Below, one piece after another: positions 13,586 through 24,615 of a DNA stretch of 64,000 nucleotides. The DNA comes from the human T2T-CHM13v2.0 reference genome, Homo sapiens. Below the pieces are notes generated by a model. It ran no database searches. It had not been told where the DNA came from and saw only the letters and a program-made list of their open reading frames with translations. Location of the stretch: NCBI RefSeq assembly GCF_009914755.1, contig NC_060929.1; one strand, given 5' to 3'. The number at the start of each line of letters is the position of its first letter. Position 1 is the stretch's first letter. Both the position numbers and the translations under genes were made by a program.

Positions 13586-14864
13586 AGTGAAGATCTCAGA
13601 TTGCTTTCCTGTGCCCAGAGCATGGGAACCAACTCCAAGAAGCAATAGCAATAGGAGACTTCTGACAGTAAAATCTCCATTTTGCAGAGGAAACAGCTAT
13701 GAAGGCAGAAAGTGCCCATAACTCAGGAAAAGGGAGGATGGCAAAGAACTGCATCTATTTCACAGTCTTGCTCAGGGTCATGGCTGTGGTTATCAATCTT
13801 TGCCTCTAAAAATACATAGTTTTTGCCCCTATGGGTGGTCACTGCTTAGTCACTGCAATGGATTTGAACTACACAACCTACATTTATCACTTTTACCCAT
13901 TTAAGACCAACTTAAAGGCAAAAAGAAGTAAAAGAATGATGAAGACTTTTTTTTTAAGATTCTGCAGTACCTTCATAAGTGTCTCCCTCTCAGGGATGAA
14001 GTAAGAATTGCTCCTTTAAAAAGTGTCTTTCTGTGAAAGGACCGGAAAATTCCTAAAGATAGAAACTAAAAAGCTAGATGGCAGCAGACTGCCTTTCATG
14101 TCCCTATCAATGAATAGATTGCTAACTAACAATCAGGGGCATTGTTCATATCAATAATATAAATAGTTCAAAAGACTCCAGAAATAAGTTCCTAAGGCAC
14201 TCCCAGCCATTTGGAATAACTATGGCTTGGAAATTTTCCCATCTTTGTAATTTTGCAAAAAATGATCTAGACTAGAGGTCTATAACTATATTCAGATGAT
14301 TCCTATTCATAAACTGAGAATAAAGAACAGACCAACTTCAGTAACAGTGACATTGCTGGGAGAATAAATTGGCTCAAGAAGTAACAACAGCAGCAAAACG
14401 GTTAAGGCACTTCAAGGTAATCAATTTAGCTCTATCGCTTTTTGCTGTGACTCTGAAGGAAGTTAATTGAATCTCTGAAAGTAGTATCTTGCTGCCTGGA
14501 ATTGGTACCCACAAGCTTCAAATAAACTATTCCATGAAGTTTAAGCTGTCCTTGACAGAAAGAAGGGCACAATCAGCTCCAAGCCATTAGGGAAGGTATA
14601 ATTTCACAAGGCAAGACAGCCAAGGAAAGTGATCCTCAAAGGGAAACTTTCGTAGAAAAAATTTTGTACTTTCCTGTCCCCATCCATCAGTAACCTCAAC
14701 AGAGCTATTTTTGGATTGTTTCCCTTTATTCCTATTGATGACTATTATTATATTTTTGAAAATGTTTTTGTTAATGTTGTTAGAAACTGGTAGGTTAATG
14801 AAACTTTAGCCATGGTTGTTGTTGTTAGAAGCAGGTGTAATTAATAAAAGTTTAGCTGTGAAGG

Positions 14865-15080
14865 CCAGGCATCTCAGGGTTCAAACTTTAGCTTATTGAC
14901 TACTTTTTAAGCTATGCAACCCTTAGCAAACTGCTTACTCACATGACCTCTGTTCTCACAGCTGCTAACAGAAGTGGTGGCAGTGATAATAATGTTGAGA
15001 ATTGTTTTGAGGTATAACCAAATTACCATGGAAAATGCCTAGCAAAAGTCCAGGCTTATAGTATGAGCTAATTAATATAT
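14865..15080 (+). mobile_element. MIR SINE
   Basis: gggttcaaactttagc...gctatgcaacccttagcaaactgcttac; MIR-type 3' end. Confidence 0.55.
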
Positions 15081-15676
15081 CAAAATCTCATTCCTTTCTT
15101 TTTTTGGCTTTCCTTTCTTCTACGGCCTTCTCCATCTTCCAAGACCCAGCCTTAGTAGCAGATGATGACTTGGGTCTCCTGCCTACCAAGAAGCCCAGTG
15201 CGCTGGCTTCCTGACACAAGACATAGCCCTGTTAGGGAGTCAGGAATCTATTTACTCAATGTTCAGTTCATATTAGAATGCAAATGCTCTTGCAAATAAA
15301 AAACATTAACTCATGTCTAATTGCTTATCTACACTTTCAGCACTTCTTCATTTTTTTAAAATTTTACTGTGAGCAGGCTCTAAAAAGAGAATATAGCAAG
15401 AACAAAGGTTTTGGCTTTGATGAGGAAAAGTGTGTGGAGAGAACACAAAAAGAGGAGAAGGATGAAGGAAGAAGACAGGAAGGTCTCAAAACCTGAGCTC
15501 CTGCAGCAGTCACTCCACTGAACTAGCCCATTCTGAGCTTGTCCAGTTCTTTTGTAAACCAAGCTTGCATGCTTCTTAAATTGTCAATGGTTAGCTTTTC
15601 ATGGTTCTTAAAAAACTTAAATTTTTAATGATGCTGGTATAAGTGAAAGGCATTCATAAGTTCCCCCCCCCCCACC

Positions 15677-15793
15677 TTTTTTTTTTTTTTGACACGGAGT
15701 CTCGCTGTCGCCCAGGCTGGAGGGCAGTGGTGTGATCTCGGCTCACTGCAGGCTCCGTCCCCCGGGGTTCACGCCATTCTCCTGCGTCAGCCT
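15677..15793 (-). mobile_element. 5'-truncated AluY (right-arm 3' part, AluYe-like)
   Basis: Reverse complement reads ggcgtgaaccccgggggacggagcctgcagtgag...gggcgacagcgagactcc; TSD taagttcccc at 15657-15666 and 15793-15802. Confidence 0.9.
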
Positions 15794-15829
15794 AAGTTCC
15801 CCTTTTTAATAATGAAGGTCATAAATAGG

Positions 15830-16040
15830 AGCAGTCAACAGCTAACATTTTTGCAGTATTTACCATGCAGTAGACACTGTGCTGGGCACTGTACATGATT
15901 ATCTCACTTAATCCCCACAAAGCCTTATGAGCTATTATTATTATTTCAATTTACAGATAAGGACACTAAACAGAGAGAGAATATACAGCTACCAAGTGGC
16001 AGAATCAGCTAATAGGCCATGTGTTGATATGTTCTGATTG
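15830..16040 (-). mobile_element. MIR SINE
   Basis: atctcacttaatccccacaaagccttatgag...tttacagataaggacact. Confidence 0.75.
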
Positions 16041-17704
16041 CAGAGTTTGATGCCTCTCCTGGGTGAACTCAATAGGACCAGAACACAGTTCTACTAGAAC
16101 ATCTGGTATGATTTCACAATGTCACGTTGTTTTTGCCTTTGAAGTGAATTGGGGTATTCTGAATGGGCATGGGGACATTTTAAGAGGTCATGGGGCACGA
16201 GATTAAACCTACAAATGTCATGGGAGCCTCTCCATCTTGTGAACCCTCTTACTAACCACCTTCATTCCCATTTAGGCTTTTACAAAACACATGACTGTAA
16301 ACTGATTTTCTTTGGTAGAAGAGAGGAATGTTGTGGAGAAAACACTTGAAAAAGTTCATAGGTTAAAAAAACACAAGAACTACTTGTTTCATACATGGTT
16401 TTATGTAAATGTCAAAGATAACCTCTCAAATATTCTTTAAGTTTCCACTAATATGTGATATCCCAAAAATGTTGCCTCCCGTGATAATATCTTGCATTCT
16501 TCTGTTATTCCATGAAGCATATCTTACTTGGTTCTCACAGCCAACAATCAACTGAGGTAATAAGGAAAGATAACCATAGCCCTGCTTTATAGAGGCAAAA
16601 GTGGGATCTCATGCTATATGGCACAGCAGAAACAGAATCTCAAACTAGTATTTAGGCCCCTAGTCCCAGCCAATAACAAGTTTCATTAGCGCAAAAGTTC
16701 TTTACCTACACACAGTCTATGGCTTTCTTGGTGAAAATAGTATTCTTGGTGAACTGAATTTTGCACAGGAAACAATGGACTCAGCATCTCATATTCTTGT
16801 TTAGTGTATCTTAGGAATCATGTGCATGTCCAGTCTAAAGCAGCAGGTTGTCTAAAGAGTGTTCGGCTAGGCAGTGCCGAAAGACTGCACGTCATTAGCT
16901 TTTGAAAGTCATTACCATTAAGTCCATGTCCCTAAATTGTTTCTTTCTGTGAGGAAGGCAGAGGATCATATTTGAATCCAAGATCATCGAAGTATGGTAG
17001 ACATGAAAGGCGTGTGGTTAGGGCACTAGCAGAACTCAAGAGCAAGTATGCACTTTCCAAGTTCCCAGGGGGCAGGCTGATGGCAGAAATGTCTAATTTG
17101 AACAAAACTGCTAAATAACTTGCTTTTTTACTTAAATTCCTACAAAAATTTCCCACTGCTATAGCAACTATTAATGAAAGTCTGTTTTTATGCTTCTCGA
17201 TGACATTTTTAGCATAATTTAGAGAAAAAACCTCAGAAAATAAAAAAAGTAATTGTAAGACATATGTTATGAAAATATCTTATGAAATATGTTATGAAAC
17301 TTTTGTTCATTATGTAACCAGTGCCAAATTTGCAACCATTTAGGTCTCTGATGGTGATAACTTATTTATCTTGTCATTACTTTTCCAAATCCCAAGTCCT
17401 ACAGAACTGTAGCTTCAACTAGAAGCCAAGCCCTACCTTTGTCCTACACAAAAAGAGACCTAGACTGTGAGCAGCCTCGCTACAGATTTCTTTGACTCCC
17501 TTTGGATCACACACTATGAATATAAGAATAACCAAGACATGCATCCAAGTTTATTTTTAAATTCTAGTTTTGCTTTTTCTGATGTAGCAAAAAGTGAGTT
17601 ATCTGAGCATCAAATTACATATTTTCCTGAAATATTTTATATTTTCTCAAAGCCATTTTCCTTAGTAACTAATAATGAGAGATGATAGAAGGCAATTTAA
17701 GGCA

Positions 17705-18000
17705 TCTCAGCATTTCCAAATAGCATTCTGTCTAAGGTTAGTTTCAGCATGCAACTGGTGATAAATGGCATATAGATGCATGTGCAGGGGAGGAGGTGTT
17801 CTGTGGCAAAAGAAGTTTGAGAAAAAGATTTTAAAAAGTTAAACAGTTTTTTAGCAATTCTCAGTGCCTTTAATATGCAAATCAATGAATCATGTTTAAG
17901 ACGGTAACGATACATGCAACATTTCTTAAAATGATTTAAGTATAGAACCATTATTTGCAGAGCAGTTGCAGGGACCAGTGTTCCATGGGCACACGTTCGG
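17705..18000. mobile_element. hAT-Charlie-type DNA transposon relic (family uncertain)
   Basis: cagcatttccaaa start, internal inverted motif ttctgtggcaaaagaagtttgag / atttcttaaaatgatttaagtatagaacc, end gtgttccatgggcacac. Confidence 0.45.
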
Positions 18001-18609
18001 TCATGTGGGCTCAGGAGTCACACAGACCTGAATTCCTATTACAGCTCAGAGGAGCTGTGCGTCCTTGAGAGAATGATTGAAGCACATGGTAAATGTTGGT
18101 GTCTTAGCCTCAGTCTCTTGAGGTTAACAAAAGGTCACTGAATTCAAAAATACTAAGAAAACTACATTATATTCTTGACATTCAAATGCATCTTCACAAA
18201 TCCCCTAATTCACTAATATCACTCTAGCATTTACTTTTCCCCTAGAAAAATTTAGTGGGTTTTTTTGTTGTTTTGTTTTGTTTTGTTTAAAAAAAAAAAA
18301 GCAATTCTCATTGGTGCATTAATCCCTGTTGCTTTACAGGAATGTGTTCAGTCTTCTCACCCTCTCTGGAATCTCATTTTCATCAACAGCCCCTATTTGC
18401 TAATGTTTTAATTCTCTCTTGATGAGCACTTTTGCATTGACTGGCACACTCTACAGAAAGTTCCAATTTTTTTTCCCTAGAAACAAGCACAGAGTGAACT
18501 ACGATGGACTTGCTCATAAAATTTGATCTCATTTATCACTTTAAATTTTATCCTTTTAAAGAATTAATAATTTTCTTAGCTGTTTTTGCGTAGTGTCTAC
18601 TGTCTAGAT

Positions 18610-19509
18610 CAACGCTGTTCAGTAGAAACATAATGTGAACCATGAATGATGGCCACAACATGTAATTTTAAATTTTTAAAAAGCCATATTACAAAAAGTT
18701 ATTTTTACAACCAGGTGAAATTAATGTATTTACTTTTTACTTTTGTGGGTACATAGTAGGTATATTTATGGGGTACATGAGATATTTTGATATAAGGCAT
18801 ACAATGCCTAATAATCACATCAGGGTAAATGAGGTATCCATCACCTCAATAATTTATCCTTTGTGTTACAAACAATCCAATTATACTCTTTAATTAAAAA
18901 ATGTACAATAAATTATTGTGACTGCAATCAGTCTTTTGTGCTATCAAATACTAGATCTTAATCATTCTATCTAAATATATTTTTGTACCCATTAACCATC
19001 TCCACTCCCACACCCCTGCCACTCACTACCCTTCCTAGGTTCTGATAACCATCTTTCCACTCTATCTCCATGAGATCAATTGTCTTCATTTTTACCTCCC
19101 ACAAATGAGAACATACAAAGTTTGTCTTTCTGTGTGTGGCTTATTTCACTTAATATAATGACCTCCAGTTCCATCCATATTGTTGCAGATGACAGGATCT
19201 CATTCCTTTTTGTGGCTGAATAGTACTCCATTGTGTGTATGTACCATATTTTCTTTATCCGTTAATTGGCTGATGGACACTTAGATACAACCAGGTGAAA
19301 TTAATTTAAATATGTTTTATTTAACCCTATACACAGTATTAGTATTTAAACATGTAATCATTATGAAAATTACAAATGAGAAAATTTTTACTTTTTTTCA
19401 CACTATTATTTGAAATCCTTTGTGCATGTTACATTACCAGCACATCTGATTTGGATTAGCCACAGCTCAAGTGCTCTATGGCTACTAGCTCTCTTGTTGG
19501 ACAGCACAG
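18610..19509 (+). mobile_element. MER33 split by an L1 insertion (MER33 parts 18610-18725 and 19286-19509)
   Basis: caacgctgttcagtagaaacataatg...caggtgaaattaat | ttaaatatgttttatttaaccc...ttggacagcacag. Confidence 0.85.
18726..19285 (-). mobile_element. L1MA2/3-like 3' fragment nested in MER33
   Basis: gtgggtacatagtaggtatatttatggggtacatgagatattttg...; perfect 20-bp TSD tacaaccaggtgaaattaat at 18706-18725 and 19286-19305. Confidence 0.9.
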
Positions 19510-20204
19510 GCCTAGATTAGCAGTCAGCTTCCTTCTGGGTGGCATTTTTCTACACAGGTACAATGTGTTTATCAGTTCAGAGTTATTACATTTGCAAGGG
19601 AGGGTAGAGAATAATGAAATTATATTGTGATTTGAATACTTGGTGGTGCATGGGTCCCTTCAATAGTTTGGTAACTTAAAACCACACGAGAGCTCCGTTG
19701 TACTTTGGATCAAATTACTCCCTGTCATGAAGCATCAGAGTCCCTTATAATAGTCCACACCACAAAAGCCAAGGGATTTTTGTAATTGTTTTACAAGTAG
19801 GAAAAGCAATAACAGTGATTTGAAATTTTTACAAAGTTAAATTCTGTAAATATATGTTGAATACAAATTGTGTACTTGACACTTGGCTAGTTCTTAACAC
19901 TGAAAGTTTTTTAGATATGAGACATCCAATTTTCTTGGCAAAGGTATGTATGTATATATAATGCGTATGCAAACACACACATAATATATCCATATATATC
20001 CAAAATACATATATATGCATGTATGTATGCATGGCGTAACTCCTATCTATTTTACAGGGTCACTTGGTTGGTGATTATTTCCTTCTTTTCCTTTGAATCA
20101 TGGGCACTATAGAAAAGCATAAAATCAGTCTTGTTTCATAAATTAATTTTTCTATTCAAACTTGCACTTATCTTTGATGGAAAGAAATGTATAGCCTATT
20201 CTTG

Positions 20205-20420
20205 TGAATAACGCTAGCTGATGTGAGCTGACTGTTTACTCTATGCCAGGCGCTAGTTTAACGGCTATATATGTATTATCTCATTTAATACTTGAATAAC
20301 TCTAATGATGTAGGCGCAGAGGCACCTGAAACAGAGCACACTTAAGGAATTTCATAAATGTCATACAAGCTGCAAGTGGAAGAGCCATGATTTGAACTCA
20401 GGAATTTCTGCTCAATCATG
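20205..20420 (-). mobile_element. MIR SINE
   Basis: tgtttactctatgccaggcgc...attatctcatttaat...agccatgatttgaactcagg. Confidence 0.65.
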
Positions 20421-21149
20421 AAGTGAACTACTCACTTTAAATGCATAGTATTCTAACACTCTCTTTTTAGATAATGATTTGTTAGCTAACCTGAATTAGG
20501 TCCTTAAAAGCAATTCTCAAATTATGATTTTACATATCTTTGAAGGTCTTAACGGAAAGGAACTTTGTAAAGATAGTTTTATACTTAGCATAACCTCTCA
20601 TTTTATTTTCCTTCAAGACAAATCCATGAAAAAATTCAGCTTCATTCCTTATCTCTGACAAATACCAGAATGCACAACACATGGTGCCTCTGATCTGTAT
20701 CGTTTCCCCTAGCGCTTGCATTCATCTTTGATGTTGATATTTTGTGGTCTAGTGGCTCTTGAGAGAAGACAATTACCTATCTCCTTTGAACCATAAATTA
20801 CCATATTTGGAGTTGCTTCTTCATATAATTTTTACTAGTCCTTTTTATTTCTCTCATATATAAATTGAAATGTTGAAATGATGAGATCTATTTTTAAAGT
20901 ACATAAATTTTGGGGAGGAATGGGACAGAGTTTAAATTGTTGACAATTATACATAAACCAGCTGAATCAACTGGGCAAGTAAACATGGGCAAGTAAACTG
21001 GGCAAGTAAACCTTCAGTTTCACATTAATCCATTTGTGTGTAGGCATCAGGGAGGTCTCATTCTTGTAACCCCAGAATATAAAATATAAAGTCAGAAGTA
21101 GTCTTCATTTTCACACCCCTCCTCTTTTCAAAAAATTCATTTAAAAATA

Positions 21150-21756
21150 TTTAACTGACAAACATTGCATACATTTATAGTGCGCAAGATGATGTTCTGA
21201 AATACGTACACATTACGGAAGAGCTAAATCAAGCTAATTAACATATGCATTAACTCACATACTTTTTTGTGGTGAGAACATTTAAAATCTACTCTCTTAG
21301 AAATTTTCTTTTTTTTTTTTGGTTTTGTTATTATTTAAAGTTCAGGGATATATGTGCAGGTTTGTTACAATGGTAAATTCGTGTCATGGGGGTATTAAGC
21401 CTAGTATCCATTAGTTATTTTTCCTGATTCTCTCCCTTCTCCCACCCTCCCCTCTCTGGTATGCTCCTGTGTCTGTTGTTCCCCCCTATGTATCCATGTG
21501 GTCTCATTATTTAGGTCACACTTATAAGTGACCACATATAATATTTGGTTTACAATACATTGTTCTTAATGATAGTCACCATGTTGTACAGTAGATCTCT
21601 TGAACTTATTCCTCTTGTCTAACTGAAATTTTATATCCTCTGACCACCATTTCCCCAATCCCTCCTGTTCCCATCACCCCCTGGTAACCCCCTTCTATTA
21701 TCTGCCTCTGTGAGTTTGACTTTTTTAGATTCCACATAGAAGTGAGATCATATACA
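21150..21756 (-). mobile_element. L1MA8-like 3' fragment containing a nested L1PA13-16-like 3' fragment (21309-21550)
   Basis: aaaatctactctcttagaaattttc [polyT, aagttcagggatatatgtgcaggtttgttac...] acaatacattg...gtcaccatgttgtacagtagatctcttgaacttattcc. Confidence 0.8.
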
Positions 21757-22744
21757 TCTCTCCTTTTGCTTATACTTACTAGCTTTCAGCCAGAAGAACA
21801 ATGTTAGCAAAAGGGTCACTTTTGAAAGCTGACCAACCCCTGGTTAAAACAACATATATCAGAATGTACAGCATAAAGTTTAAGGCTTCATAAGTCTAGC
21901 AGATTATATACTCAATATACATTTGTTGGATGAATTATTGAATTGGATATAAGTTCACAGGGACATTGAGCTATTCTTTGATATTTCCTGGGCTTGGTGT
22001 TGATTTCATGAATGCATGCTTGATGTATGAAGAAATATTTAGGCACATATCTTGGATCATTTACAATTTTCTCATACCTCCATAATGTTATTTCTGTAAG
22101 CTTAAAAGGATATTGTAATATACAGTCCATACACTCAATTTCGAATGAGAAGGTTGAGGACCCATGAAGTTAAGGTAACTTGTCCATTGTTGTTTAATGA
22201 GCCAAGACAAAAGTGGAAATCTAGTTCAGCCGGCTGCTGCCCTTCCATGCAAAAACTGGTATAGGTCATATTATGATTACCATTTGAATGCAACCTAACA
22301 AAATGTTGTGGTCTGAGACTTCATTTATGATAATAATGAAAATTTATATTAAAAGCAAGAAATTACATTTTGCGTGGTGGATTACACAGTACATAGCACA
22401 TAAATGAAATCTGGAATTGGATTTGAATATTTAAAAGTACATTATGCCTTCATACAAGATACTAAACGTTTTATGGGGGAAGAGGTTTTTCACAAGGGTT
22501 ATAATAAAAATACTTTTTATCTATGTAGTTGTTCCTTAGCAGTTCCTCAGTTGTTCTTAGTATAACCAAGAAATACTAAAAGATGTATTGGCCCATGCCT
22601 TCCCCTTTCCCCAAAGTTTACTGTCATAATGGTAAAGGGTGAGCGAAAAATGCTTGAAAAGCAGCCCATGATCACTGAATGATTCCATTTTTAGCACAAG
22701 CTTCATGATATGAATCGAGTGACTCTTACGTAAAAATTACATAC

Positions 22745-23036
22745 TTTTTCTTTTTTTCAGAGATGAGGTCTCACTCTGTTGCCCAGGCTGGAGTACACTC
22801 CTGTGATCACATTCACTGCAGCCTTGACCTCCCAGGCTCAAGCAATCCTCCCTCAGCCCCCAGAGTAGCTGAGACTACAGGCAGGCACCATCACACCCTA
22901 CTAATTTTTAAATTTTTTGTAGAAATGGGGTCTCACTCTGTAGCACAGGCTGGTGTCAAACTCTTGGACTCAGGCGATCCTCCCACCTCACCCTCCCAAA
23001 GCACTAGGATTATAGGGTAAACCACTGTGCCCCACC
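22745..23036 (-). mobile_element. AluJ
   Basis: Dimeric Alu with J-type cactgcagccttgacctcccaggctcaagcaatcctcc. Confidence 0.92.
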
Positions 23037-24029
23037 TCGTATGCTTTTTCAAATTTCACGATGTGAAGTATCTGTCTGGTAATAAAGTGATATATTGTTT
23101 CACATCATGAAACCCTTAGAATACGTTTGATATTGCTCTAATGTTTACTTATGTTCCCTCATATGCCACAAAGTAGAGAGCCTTAAGATTGGATTTTGAA
23201 AGCTTTAAGAAATGGGACCCACAGTTATCACACATACTAAATTTTTCCTGACATCATCTAATAATTAATGATCACATTTTGACATGGTACAAACTGAACC
23301 AGGTCAACAAACTTTATATGCCAGAAGCCGGATTGATATCATCAATCAGTTATGGGGAGCTTTGGAGATGACATAAAAATGAGGAATATATATTACCGGA
23401 ATCTTAACATTAAAAAGACATAATGACTATAATGACAAAAAAGAAAGAAAATAAAGGGAAAAAAACCTTCTTTAAATGCATGGGTAAACAAAATCTTGAA
23501 AAAGCAATACACATTTATTTTAGCGTGACTTACACTGCCTATGCATTTACTAGTGTTTTTCAACAGGTTAAGGTGGTTTAGGAAAAGTCCAAAACATATT
23601 TTCCAAGAAATAATGTACGGGAAGGAAAACCTGATTTAAAGTGAGCACGGGATATATAGCAAGAACTCAAAGTACGACATGGAAATTTTAAAACAGAATA
23701 AAAGATTATTTATTGGTTTTTGCTAACAATGATTACTATTGGTTTGAAAAATGAATCTGGATAAAATGTAGAATAACATCACATATTTAAGCTGCATATG
23801 GATCAAACAGGGAAAACTCTATTTCTGCATATCAGATCGTTTCTTATTTTAGTCACTTAATTCACAGTTACATAGTATTCATCATGAGGAGAAACAGACA
23901 GAGTGTGAATGGCTCACTGTTACCCACACTATTCCTGGAAAAACAGGTCCTAAAGATTAAAAGACTCAACTGCATAAATAAAAGGCATGATGACATTGTT
24001 ATTACAGGCAAACATTTTTTAAGATGCCA

Positions 24030-24615
24030 TCACTGAAAATGGATGACCTATACTTTGGTAAGAATGCAGAGAACTGAAACATCACTTTGGGGGCGACATA
24101 AATGTGGCAACCAGTATAGAAACACATTTGGCAATATCTAAAGACAAAGGCATAACCTATGACCCAGAAATCCTACCTCTTGGGATATACCCAACCTACG
24201 TGTATGCACAAAACACTGCAACACTACATGTACATTTGTTTACTAAGTGATATATCCAATAATGTTCATAATGGCTCTAATTCATAATGGCCTAAAACTG
24301 GAATACTTAACTATCCATCAACACTAGAATAAGTAAATTGTAGCATATTCATTTGGTGCAATACTAACAAAATGAGAATAAAGAATGCACAAAACACTAT
24401 GAATGAATCCCATAAACACAATATTGACTGAAATAAAATAAGAGTTTATATTGTATAATTTCATTCATATAAAATTCAAAAGTAGTCAAATCTATGCTAT
24501 TGGAAGTCAGTTAGTGGTTATCTTCGGGTGCATAGTGACTGGAAAGAAGAATAAAGGGGTCCCCTTGGGAGCTGGTAATATTTTGATTTTGACCTAGATG
24601 TTGGTTATATGAGTA
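24030..24615 (+). mobile_element. Old L1M (L1MC/ME-like) 3' fragment
   Basis: cctatgacccagaaatcctacctcttgggatatacccaa...ttttgacctagatgttggttatatgagt. Confidence 0.65.
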
